DNA of 64,000 nucleotides from Gammaproteobacteria bacterium (GTDB lineage Bacteria; Pseudomonadota; Gammaproteobacteria; Francisellales; CACEW01): NCBI GenBank assembly GCA_030652335.1, contig JAUSAW010000006.1, positions 96,499 to 160,498 of the forward strand, read 5' to 3'. Shown piece by piece: positions 8,843 to 17,198 of this stretch (position 1 is its first letter; each line of letters starts with the position of its first letter). The notes under the pieces were generated by a model. It saw only the letters and a program-made list of their open reading frames with translations, ran no database searches and was not told where the DNA came from. The position numbers and the translations under genes were made by a program.

Positions 8843-8890
8843 ATTATAGCTTAGGCTCATTCTAAATTCAAGATTCTAGAATATAGAATA
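8843..8890 (-). promoter_or_regulatory. Promoter plus palindromic operator of the wHTH-NTase-phosphoesterase operon
   Basis: On the minus strand: TTGAAT (8866-8871), a 17-nt spacer, then TATAAT (8843-8848). A perfect 10-bp palindrome ATTCTAGAAT (8873-8882) is flanked by ATTCTA (8859-8864) and TAGAAT (8885-8890). Confidence 0.5.
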
Positions 8891-9021
8891 ATTATCATGG
8901 CGTATTTAAGATGCCTGATTTAAGGGGGTACATTTGGGGGTATATCCAAAACCAAAATCGAAGCTATCCAATCCTATAAAGCCTTACAGCCAACAATTCG
9001 ACTGACGCCGCCCAATAAAAC

Positions 9022-9052
9022 AAAAAAAGCCGCCCAATCGGGTGGCCTTTTT
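9022..9052 (-). terminator. Rho-independent (bidirectional-looking) terminator after the AlbA_2 gene
   Basis: The stem GCCGCCC / GGGTGGC has one G.U pair and loop AATC. It is flanked by A7 on one side and T5 on the other, and lies immediately downstream of the stop at 9056. Confidence 0.7.
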
Positions 9053-9055
9053 GCT

Positions 9056-10396
9056 TTATACTTTACTATATCTGACCGCAGGCCCCTTACCCGTTCTTTT
9101 AATTTTTTTGTCCTTTATTAATAGATTTAATTTTCTTGTTGCCGTGTTTCGTGAAACGCTGAGATAGGTTTGCACCTCATCTAGCTTTACTTCTTCCCGC
9201 ATAGTAAATAGAGCTAACAATTTATCTTCGTCTAATGAAAAGTTTTTTTCTTCGGGTTGAAAGTAGAATATAATTTTTACACTATCAGCGCTTTCGATAA
9301 ACTCGGGCCTCTTTAGGTCAGATTTTTTACAGCTTTCTAATATAAGTTTGATACCTGTGCCCAATTTTTCAATAATGCCAAAACGACGAGCAATTCGTGC
9401 TAAATGTGGATTTCTTAAATAAGTTGTGCCATCGCCCAGATTACTTAAATCAACTAAGCCAGGGAAATTACCAGGGCTAAAAATTTCAAGACGATCATCA
9501 TATAGTGCTATTTTTACTGAGCCAGGTATCGAGTATTTCCTATGAAGTAAAGCATTGGCAATTGCTTCTCGTAATGCAATTTCTGGAATAATTGTCTTGC
9601 CTTGTAATTTCACGCCGGTTAACTGGTAATTCCGAATTAACCAAGATCTCACTAATTGAAAACTATTCGTTATTTGTTTTTCTAAACAACCCTGTATTTC
9701 TTCACTTTGGATAATGTCACGGCCTTCAATGCCACGAAAACGTGTGCAAATTATAGTAGCTTCTGGAATATATACATGGGGCGTTTCGCAAAAGGTTAAT
9801 ACTCCTGCGATAGTAGGGTAATATTTTTTTGTATTGGTATTAGAAGGTGTCAAAATTTTTTCTGCGACGAGACGAGGTGAGTCTACTTTGCCAAAAATGG
9901 CTTGTAATAGATCTCTAGACAAAATATCTATACCTGCCTGAACGGCTTCTTCATCGAAATAGGTCCGCTGATTTTCTCGCATTAACTCTGTAATATACTC
10001 TGAGTTTGCTCTGCGAGTATTTGACCCGGCCCGTAGATAAACTCCTTTTGGCATGCCTTCACCTTTAATGAAGACAGGCTTTTTAATACTGGAAGGCACT
10101 TCGATAATGATTACACTTAAACCTTCAAAACTTTTCTCATAAATTTCCACCAAAAGACTTGGGCTTGTCGCATCGTAGACACTGTTTGGAAACTCATCGT
10201 AAATTCTATTTCGGGCCTTATCATCCACTCCAATTACACTTCGAGTCTTATCATCAACACCGATAATAATCTTGCCGCCTATACCGTTAGCAAAAGCCAC
10301 GCAAGTTTTAATTAACTTAAGAAAATCTGGTATTTGTGATTTAAATTCAAGAGACTTTGATTCTCTTTCTGAGTAAATATAACTCATAAGGCCCAT
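9056..10396 (-). CDS. AlbA_2 (Schlafen-like divergent AAA) / HATPase_c_4 / C-terminal wHTH protein (often annotated as RecG-like putative regulator)
   Basis: 446 aa. The N-terminal ESKSLEFKSQIP...VAFANGIGGKIIIGVDD is typical of the AlbA_2 domain. REAIANALLHRKY is typical of the HATPase_c_4 region. The C-terminal LSVSRNTATRKLNLLIKDKKIKRTGKG is an HTH. Confidence 0.75.
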   Translation of the reverse strand: MGLMSYIYSERESKSLEFKSQIPDFLKLIKTCVAFANGIGGKIIIGVDDKTRSVIGVDDKARNRIYDEFPNSVYDATSPSLLVEIYEKSFEGLSVIIIEVPSSIKKPVFIKGEGMPKGVYLRAGSNTRRANSEYITELMRENQRTYFDEEAVQAGIDILSRDLLQAIFGKVDSPRLVAEKILTPSNTNTKKYYPTIAGVLTFCETPHVYIPEATIICTRFRGIEGRDIIQSEEIQGCLEKQITNSFQLVRSWLIRNYQLTGVKLQGKTIIPEIALREAIANALLHRKYSIPGSVKIALYDDRLEIFSPGNFPGLVDLSNLGDGTTYLRNPHLARIARRFGIIEKLGTGIKLILESCKKSDLKRPEFIESADSVKIIFYFQPEEKNFSLDEDKLLALFTMREEVKLDEVQTYLSVSRNTATRKLNLLIKDKKIKRTGKGPAVRYSKV

Positions 10397-10399
10397 CCT

Positions 10400-10467
10400 A
10401 ATTGCACCAACTGCACCAATTATATATTAATTGCACCAATTGCACCAACTATATATTAATTGCATCA
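10400..10467. repeat. Tandem 29-bp repeat (2.3 units) in the AlbA_2 gene promoter
   Basis: Unit 1 is AATTGCACCAACTGCACCAATTATATATT (10400-10428). Unit 2 is AATTGCACCAATTGCACCAACTATATATT (10429-10457). A partial unit AATTGCATCA follows. This gives four TGCACCAA boxes and TATAAT-like hexamers on the gene strand. Confidence 0.8.
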
Positions 10468-10605
10468 TACTCAGATTGGCTTAAAGAGTTGCCAAGGTAA
10501 GTGAGCTGTGAGTATTTTCACAAACTTACGATATTGTTATCTACTACCCATCAAAGACAAGCAGGATCTAGTGACAACCCAGCGACTGTTGAAGTGCTAA
10601 CTTCA

Positions 10606-10618
10606 CAACAAGTAGTCT
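10606..10618. repeat. attR-like direct repeat
   Basis: CAACAAGTAGTCT is identical to 6448-6460. It is preceded by the hairpin TGAAGT-GCTA-ACTTCA. Confidence 0.55.
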
Positions 10619-10805
10619 TTGCCAGCCCCAGCTCATGGATTTTTTAGTGCCCTATGTGCTTGTTTAGGCCGAGGTGCGGCACCCACTCGACTAACCCAGT
10701 CCGTCCCATGCCAATTTGCGCTCTTCGCTGTTATTAGCTCCTACTAGCCTTTCTAAATCAACAAAGTTAGACTGGTAGTGATCCTAACAAAAGTGAGGAC
10801 ATATC

Positions 10806-11183
10806 ATGAAAAAGATGACTTTATTGGCTGCTACGGCATTATTGCTTTGCGGCTGTTCGACAACTCCCGTGTTACCCGAAGCACAAACTATTATGGTCTC
10901 CACTAATCCGGCTCCCCATAGCTGTAAATACTTGGGTCAGGTAGTAGGAAATCAAGGTAACTTCTTTACTGGGAGTTTCACTTCTAATAAAAATTTAGAG
11001 CAGGGCTCTATGAACGATTTAAAAAACCAGGCCGCTAAAATGGGTGCAAATTATATTCAAATCATTACGTCACGAGCAGGTGCTACAGGTGCATTGGGTA
11101 GTAATGGTGGTAGCTTTATGCAGACCAATGTGACGAATACCGGCAATGTTTATAATTGTCCGCCGGCGGCATTGAATGAATAA
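10806..11183 (+). CDS. Small lipoprotein (DUF4156-like)
   Basis: 125 aa with signal peptide and lipobox LLLCGC|S. The mature part is Gly/Asn-rich. Confidence 0.6.
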   Translation: MKKMTLLAATALLLCGCSTTPVLPEAQTIMVSTNPAPHSCKYLGQVVGNQGNFFTGSFTSNKNLEQGSMNDLKNQAAKMGANYIQIITSRAGATGALGSNGGSFMQTNVTNTGNVYNCPPAALNE

Positions 11184-11187
11184 AAAA

Positions 11188-12030
11188 TTAGCCAACAGCC
11201 ATCATCATCGATAATAGGGTGATGGCCAGTATAGAAAATCCAAACATCTTTCTGGACCATTTTTGATCGTCTGTAGACGATTTAAAGCCTTTGATGCCTA
11301 GATAGAACCAATACAGTCCTAATCCTAACGCCACAATGAAATACAGCCAACCAGCATAACCAAACAGAGTCGGTAATATAGCGGCGATGGTAAACAGGGC
11401 AATATAAATCAGCATGCTGATTTTGGTATAACGCATATCTTTTATAGCAGGCAAAACGGGGATGCAGGCGGCCGAAAAGTCTTTAAGCCTAAAGATGGCG
11501 ATGGCGTAGAAATGTGGCATCTGCCATAAAAACAGGATTAAGAATAAAATTACAGCACCTGCATCGAAGCGGTTAGTCACGGCGCAATAACCGACTACTG
11601 GAGGCACGGCCCCTGCGATTCCGCCGATTAGGGTGCCATATTTAGATTGGCGTTTACTTAATAAGGTATACGCCACCACATAGACGAATAAGCCTATGGC
11701 TGAGATTAGGGTGGTTAATAGATTCGTTTGCCAATACAGTAAGGCAAAGCCCGCTATGCCGAGTAAGATTCCGTAGACAACAGCTATGGGCCTGGAAATT
11801 AACCCATGCACCATGACGCGATTTTTGGTGCGTTCCATAAGCGAGTCTATGTCGCGATCGATTATATTGTTAAATACGCAGCCTGAAGCGATGACCAGGG
11901 CCATGCCGAGCAAGGTGGCTAGATATAATACGACATTAAAATGCAGATGAGACGCTAAAAAGAAACCGCCAGAAACCGTTACGATATTACCGAATATGAT
12001 TCCTGGCTTAACAATAGAGAGATATTTCAT
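11188..12030 (-). CDS. cyoE: Protoheme IX farnesyltransferase (heme O synthase)
   Basis: 280 aa, polytopic, with the UbiA-family motif NNIIDRDIDSLMERTKNR. It is the last gene of the cyo operon, and its ATG overlaps the cyoD stop. Confidence 0.9.
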   Translation of the reverse strand: MKYLSIVKPGIIFGNIVTVSGGFFLASHLHFNVVLYLATLLGMALVIASGCVFNNIIDRDIDSLMERTKNRVMVHGLISRPIAVVYGILLGIAGFALLYWQTNLLTTLISAIGLFVYVVAYTLLSKRQSKYGTLIGGIAGAVPPVVGYCAVTNRFDAGAVILFLILFLWQMPHFYAIAIFRLKDFSAACIPVLPAIKDMRYTKISMLIYIALFTIAAILPTLFGYAGWLYFIVALGLGLYWFYLGIKGFKSSTDDQKWSRKMFGFSILAITLLSMMMAVG

Positions 12031-12368
12031 TAATGCATCATGAAATAATTTAAGTTATACATAATCCATAATGAACCGGTAACGACGATTCCGATAATAA
12101 TTAAGCTGAATACGAAACAGATTAAGTTCCAACGATCGTCTTCGGTATTGGTATTGAGTCTTAAGAAATAAACGACCTGAACCAATAGCTGCGAAATGGC
12201 TAAAATAGCGATGGCGAAATACAGGCCTTCACCGCTAAATATCTGCTTACCTACTACGGTAAAGGCTGCGATGGCTAGGATTACGGATAATACGAAGCCG
12301 ATAGTATAGGATTTCAATAAGCTGCGAGCGGTGTCAGGTTGGGCAGCAGCGATTTCATGAGTCGACAT
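12030..12368 (-). CDS. cyoD: Cytochrome o ubiquinol oxidase subunit IV
   Basis: I placed the start at the internal ATG (MSTHEIAAAQ...) that overlaps the cyoC stop as TAATG. The protein has three transmembrane helices. The longer 127-aa ORF would overlap cyoC by 46 nt. Confidence 0.8.
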   Translation of the reverse strand: MSTHEIAAAQPDTARSLLKSYTIGFVLSVILAIAAFTVVGKQIFSGEGLYFAIAILAISQLLVQVVYFLRLNTNTEDDRWNLICFVFSLIIIGIVVTGSLWIMYNLNYFMMH

Positions 12369-12949
12369 TAGATTGCTCCCATTAGATACACGAGGGTGAA
12401 TATTACTATCCATATCATCGTAATAAAGTTAATAAATAGGCCTAGGCAGGTTAAGCGGGTTTTCATGGTGGTAGTCAGGCCATGCATCGATAATTGAATC
12501 GCTACGATAACCATCCATAGCAGGGCAACTATTACATGAATCCCATGTATGCTAAGCAGGGTAAAAAAAGCGGATAAAAATGCGCTAGTCTGCCAGGTGT
12601 ATCCATTAGCGATTAAATGACAGAATTGGTGCTGTTCCATTCTTAAAAAGCCCAAAGCCAATAAGAAGGTGACACCCATCCATAACATAACCCTGGCTTT
12701 ACTCGCACTATGCGAGGCTACTAGACACAGCCCGAAGGTGAAGTTAGCGGCTAATAGGTACATAGTTTGAATTAAGACATAATGTAGGCTGGCGACCTGG
12801 CTTGCGTCAATGCTACCAAAGGTGTTGTTGCGCAATACAATATAGGTAGCGAACAAGGCAGCAAACATAATGAAGTCGGTTAAAATATACGCCCAAAATC
12901 CAAAAATTACCTTGGAGCTAGTCTCGTCGTGATGAATATCTGTTGTCAT
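12368..12949 (-). CDS. cyoC: Cytochrome o ubiquinol oxidase subunit III
   Basis: 193 aa with five transmembrane helices. Its operon position is between cyoB and cyoD. Confidence 0.9.
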   Translation of the reverse strand: MTTDIHHDETSSKVIFGFWAYILTDFIMFAALFATYIVLRNNTFGSIDASQVASLHYVLIQTMYLLAANFTFGLCLVASHSASKARVMLWMGVTFLLALGFLRMEQHQFCHLIANGYTWQTSAFLSAFFTLLSIHGIHVIVALLWMVIVAIQLSMHGLTTTMKTRLTCLGLFINFITMIWIVIFTLVYLMGAI

Positions 12950-14943
12950 TAGTTTGCTCCACGTAGTAAACAGGCTGCTTCGGTTTTAGCTACTTCATCA
13001 GCCTTAACATAGTAATCGATATTGAAATTAAAGGTGCGGGCTATTATACAACCAAGAATAGCTAGGCCTGAAACCGTTGCTAATAAAGGCATTTCCCAAA
13101 CCATAGCAAATCCAAATACGCCACCGATAATTCCGATCAAGAAGCCGGTGCAGGTATTGCGTGGCATATGGATATCGGTATAACGAGGTGTTTTGATGTT
13201 AGCCACACCATGTAATTTTTCTTGTTTGTCTTCCCAGAAAGAATCACGGCATGTAATAACGGGCACTTCGGCGAAGTTATAGAATGGTGGGGGCGATGGA
13301 ATAGACCATTCCAACGTTCTTGCATCCCAAGGATCGTTACCACATTTAAGTTCTTCACGATGTTTGATGCTATAAATCAATTGGATCGCTTGGAAAATAA
13401 CACCGCAGAAAATTACCGCTACACCAACGGCTGCAAATACTAAGTATGGATGATAACCGCTAGCCACTGAATAGTGGTTAATACGACGGGTCATACCCAT
13501 TAATCCTAAGGCATACAGTGGCATAAAGGCCATAAAGAAGCCTACTACCCAGCACCAGAATGCGCATTTGCCTAAGCCTTCATGCAATCTGAAACCAAAG
13601 GCTTTTGGGAACCAATAAGTGTAGCCGGCGAATAGTCCAAATACCACGCCACCGATAATGGTGTTATGGAAGTGAGCGACTAGGAACACGCTATTATGTA
13701 ATAAGAAGTCAACGCCTGGTACCGACATTAATACCCCGGTCATACCGCCGATGGTAAAAGTTACCAAGAAGGCGATAGTCCACATCATAGGTGTGGTAAA
13801 GGTAATACGGCCGCCATACATAGTTGCCAGCCAGTTAAAGACTTTAACACCGGTCGGGATCGAGATAATCATGGTCGCGATTCCGAAGAAAGCGTTTACA
13901 TCGGCGCCTGCTCCCATAGTAAAGAAGTGATGCAGCCATACGGTAAAGGCTAGAATAGTAATACCGGCCGTTGCCCAAACCATGGCGACATAACCGAAGA
14001 TTTGTTTTTTACAGAAGGTAGCAACGAGTTCAGAATAGATACCAAATGCTGGTAATACCAAGATATAGACTTCGGGATGGCCCCAGGTCCAGATCAGGTT
14101 AATGTACATCATTGGGTTGCCGCCAAAGCCCGAGGTAAAGAAGTGGGTGCCAAAGAAGCGGTCAAAGAATAACATGCCCAAGGTAATATTTAAGATTGGG
14201 AAGGATACGATAACCAAAATCATTGAGCAGAGTGTGGACCAGGTAAATAATGGCATTTTCATTAAGGTCATGCCAGGGCAGCGCATTTTAATAATGGTAA
14301 CGAAGATATTAATACCGCCAATTAAGGTCCCAACCCCAGATAAGGTTAAGGCCCATAAATAATAATCCACTCCGACGCCTGGGCTATAAGCCAGTTCAGA
14401 AAGAGGGGGATAAGCCAGCCAGCCAGTCGCAGCAAAATCGCCAATTACCAATGAGATATTCACCAGCATGGCGCCGGCTACTGTTAGCCAGAAGCTTAGT
14501 GAGTTTAAATAAGGATAAGCCACATCGCGAGCACCGATTTGTAATGGCACGATATAGTTTACCACCCCAAATACAAAGGCCATAGCCATAAAGAAGATCA
14601 TAATCACGCCATGGGCGGTAAAAACTTGATCGTAGTGAGCGGCAGGCAGATATCCTAGATGGTTGCCCACAGCAATAGCCTGCTGAGCACGCATCATAAT
14701 GGCGTCAGAGAAACCGCGTAACAGCATAATAAAGGCTAAAATTATGTACATAATACCAATTTTTTTATGATCAACGGTGGTCAACCAATCTTTCCATAAC
14801 CAGGTCCACTTTTTAAAGTAAAATAAGGCCCCGATTACGGTAAGAGCTATTAAGCCCATAAAGCCACCGGCGCCCATAATAATGGGATTTTGAAAGGGAA
14901 TAGCCGCTAGCGTCAATTTTCCAAATAGTAAGTGTTCAAGCAT
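12949..14943 (-). CDS. cyoB: Cytochrome o ubiquinol oxidase subunit I (heme-copper oxidase)
   Basis: 664 aa with [22 protein letters not shown] and VAHFHN histidine ligand motifs. Confidence 0.95.
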   Translation of the reverse strand: MLEHLLFGKLTLAAIPFQNPIIMGAGGFMGLIALTVIGALFYFKKWTWLWKDWLTTVDHKKIGIMYIILAFIMLLRGFSDAIMMRAQQAIAVGNHLGYLPAAHYDQVFTAHGVIMIFFMAMAFVFGVVNYIVPLQIGARDVAYPYLNSLSFWLTVAGAMLVNISLVIGDFAATGWLAYPPLSELAYSPGVGVDYYLWALTLSGVGTLIGGINIFVTIIKMRCPGMTLMKMPLFTWSTLCSMILVIVSFPILNITLGMLFFDRFFGTHFFTSGFGGNPMMYINLIWTWGHPEVYILVLPAFGIYSELVATFCKKQIFGYVAMVWATAGITILAFTVWLHHFFTMGAGADVNAFFGIATMIISIPTGVKVFNWLATMYGGRITFTTPMMWTIAFLVTFTIGGMTGVLMSVPGVDFLLHNSVFLVAHFHNTIIGGVVFGLFAGYTYWFPKAFGFRLHEGLGKCAFWCWVVGFFMAFMPLYALGLMGMTRRINHYSVASGYHPYLVFAAVGVAVIFCGVIFQAIQLIYSIKHREELKCGNDPWDARTLEWSIPSPPPFYNFAEVPVITCRDSFWEDKQEKLHGVANIKTPRYTDIHMPRNTCTGFLIGIIGGVFGFAMVWEMPLLATVSGLAILGCIIARTFNFNIDYYVKADEVAKTEAACLLRGAN

Positions 14944-14948
14944 GTCTA

Positions 14949-15911
14949 TTACCCTTTAATTAATTTATTTGTTACAGGATTGATAAGATCTCTATGGTGA
15001 TGGTAATCGCGATCAGAATTGTATTGTGTATTTATCGTCGCTTTCTGAGGCGGAACAACAGCTGGCATAGGCATCATATATTTCATCATGATTTTGCCAA
15101 ACAGGCCATCTACTACATTAGAGTATTCAATTACACTGGTATCTTTGGACGCTGGAACTAATTGAGTATAGCTAGCCATAGTGAGATTATTTGGGGAATT
15201 TTGAACCGACTTCACCCATTGATTAAAGGCCGCTGCAGTTGGAGCTGCTCGAGCAATAAATTGCATATTGGCAAATCCATCTCCGCTAAAGCTTACCGAT
15301 CTTCCGTAATAGTCACCAGGCTTATCGGCCATTAAATGCATTTGGGTCTGCATACCTGCCATCGCGTAAATTTGACCGGCGAGTTGTTGAATCATAAAGG
15401 AATTCATTGGCGCATCGGAAGTGATGACGAAATTCACCGGGGTATTGGCTGGGAATTCTACGAAGTTCATGGTTGCGATATGTTGTTGTGGGTAGATAAA
15501 TAACCATCTCCACTCTAATGCAACGACCTGAATGGTAATAGGGGTCACTTTAGAATCGAGCGGTCTATAAGGGTCTAATGTGTGGGTGCTTCTCCAGGTG
15601 ACGGAGCCAAGGAAGGCGATGATAATAATAGGAATCCCCCACCATATAGCTTCTAATTTAGCGCTATGGCTAAACTCTGGCAGGTATTTTGCCTTGGTGT
15701 TAGAGGCGCGATATTTATAAGCGATGACAAAGGTAATAATAATGACGGGGATCACGATAATGAGCATAAGCAATAATGCTACGATCATTAAGTGTTTTTC
15801 TTGCGCCGCTATGGGCCCCATTGGGTTCAGAATGGCCATTTTACAGCCGCTTAACACAAGCGCTGAGCCTATTGTGAACATTGAAAAAAGAATAGTTTTA
15901 AGTTTAATCAC
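14949..15911 (-). CDS. cyoA: Cytochrome o ubiquinol oxidase subunit II
   Basis: 320 aa with a GTG start, a lipoprotein signal ALVLSGC, two transmembrane helices and a cupredoxin-like C-terminal domain. It is the first gene of the cyo operon. Confidence 0.9.
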   Translation of the reverse strand: MIKLKTILFSMFTIGSALVLSGCKMAILNPMGPIAAQEKHLMIVALLLMLIIVIPVIIITFVIAYKYRASNTKAKYLPEFSHSAKLEAIWWGIPIIIIAFLGSVTWRSTHTLDPYRPLDSKVTPITIQVVALEWRWLFIYPQQHIATMNFVEFPANTPVNFVITSDAPMNSFMIQQLAGQIYAMAGMQTQMHLMADKPGDYYGRSVSFSGDGFANMQFIARAAPTAAAFNQWVKSVQNSPNNLTMASYTQLVPASKDTSVIEYSNVVDGLFGKIMMKYMMPMPAVVPPQKATINTQYNSDRDYHHHRDLINPVTNKLIKG

Positions 15912-16496
15912 TGTGCTAAAACCCCTTTAAGTAGCTTGAATATCATCGTAGAAACCTTGCCGCGAATAGTAGCACAAATCTCTCTAATCGCAATATTTTT
16001 GTGGGATTTTTTAATGAATATTAACGAGAGAGATCGATCTCATTTGACCCATCAAACCCAAGTTTTCTCAATCTGGATGAGGGCGGCTTAATAAAGGAAG
16101 TTAAAGCTAGGCTATAATGGCTGGATTTTAGTGGACTTATCGAGCGAGCCGACATCGGACTGATAACATCATCCCTTATAGTCTCAGGAGAACAAGCAAT
16201 CTGGGCGCTAATAGCTTTGGGTTGCTCAGTAAGCCAAGCTAGAAAGCTTGCGCCTTCGCTGGTCTTGCAGAATATGATATCGTTTTCAATGAACTGCAGG
16301 GCAGTATGTAAACAATCGGCATTGAGCGCTTTTAGTATTCTAAGGGCAGGACGCAGAACCGTTGCATAATGCGTGGCGGAAAGGAAATATTAAGGCTGAT
16401 TCGATAAACCTATGATCGGCTAGGCTTGTGGCCATAATGCTGCTAAAATTATCAATAGTAGAGCCATTTCTTATTTCATCGGTTGGAGAATACAGC

Positions 16497-17198
16497 ATGT
16501 TAAGCGCAGATGACCACCATATCGTTGGGTCAGCTTGCCATCATTGTGAATTATCATCCAAATGCTTGTTACATTTGGCTGTGAAAAAAACCAAGCACTT
16601 GACGATAAAACGACAGCTCATGGAGGCTGGCACAGTTTTATCCAAATCCAGTCAATCGTCCGATTACCTCTATATCGTTCAATCAGGTTCCTTTAAACAC
16701 GCTACAGTTACGTTCGATGGCAATGAACAGGTGGCGGATTTTTATCTGCCAGGTGATATTATCGGGCTCGATAGCTTGGGTACGGAGCAGCTTTATGATT
16801 TAACGGCTTTAGAACCGAGTCATGCCTGTGCCATTGAATTTAAAGAGTTGGAGACCCTAGCTAAAAATCAGTCTTGGCTATCGCAGAAGTTAATGAGATT
16901 ATTAAGCCAAAAATTATTATCTCGAACCGCTGCTTTATTGATCCAGCACCAGCACGCCGAACAGAAGCTAGCGGCCTTTTTACTTAATATTTCTACCCGC
17001 TTACAGAAAATCGGTCATGCATCAAGAAGCTATAATTTGACGATGTCTCGCCAGGAAATCGGCAATTATCTGCATTTAAGCACAGAGACGGTCAGCCGCA
17101 TTTTTAGCAAATTTCAGGGTGAACGCTTAATCGATGTGCAAAAGAAACATGTGTTTCTTCGGGATATTAAGCGACTTAACGCTAAAGTCGCCCATTAA
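16497..17198 (+). CDS. fnr: FNR-like Crp/Fnr-family transcriptional regulator (start uncertain: 16428, 16437 or 16497)
   Basis: The N-terminal Cys cluster CHHCELSSKC (C-x2-C-x5-C) plus a central Cys in SHACAIEF parallel E. coli FNR C20/C23/C29/C122. The C-terminal HTH MSRQEIGNYLHLSTETVSRIFSKF resembles FNR [24 protein letters not shown]. Confidence 0.7.
   Translation: MLSADDHHIVGSACHHCELSSKCLLHLAVKKTKHLTIKRQLMEAGTVLSKSSQSSDYLYIVQSGSFKHATVTFDGNEQVADFYLPGDIIGLDSLGTEQLYDLTALEPSHACAIEFKELETLAKNQSWLSQKLMRLLSQKLLSRTAALLIQHQHAEQKLAAFLLNISTRLQKIGHASRSYNLTMSRQEIGNYLHLSTETVSRIFSKFQGERLIDVQKKHVFLRDIKRLNAKVAH

Larger units (their letters stand above)
6448..10618. mobile_element. Degenerate ssrA-integrated genomic island (~4.2 kb), probably immobile
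   Basis: The 13-bp direct repeat CAACAAGTAGTCT occurs at 6448-6460, overlapping the CCA end of tmRNA, and again at 10606-10618. Both copies are followed by related CCAGCT.CAT sequence. A truncated P4-type integrase stump lies next to ssrA. The cargo genes are AT-rich, and core genes (lipoprotein, cyo operon) resume after the distal repeat. Confidence 0.55.

Noticed and set aside
8950-9020. Possible second integrase stump after the second GGGGGTA box cluster (frame KTKIEAIQSYKALQPTIRLT...SGGLFALY).
   Set aside because: The spacing between the TKI-like and GGL-like segments is about twice that of real P4-integrase N-termini. The GGL part is also encoded by the terminator hairpin, so the resemblance is probably fortuitous.
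10400-10467. Possible CRISPR array or iteron-type origin.
   Set aside because: There are only 2.3 directly abutting units with no spacers, and no cas or rep genes nearby. It fits better as a reiterated promoter/operator.
12368-12413. Longer cyoD start (MDSNIHPRVSNGSNL...).
   Set aside because: It would overlap cyoC by 46 nt. The internal ATG forms the typical TAATG coupling and gives a normal-length subunit IV.
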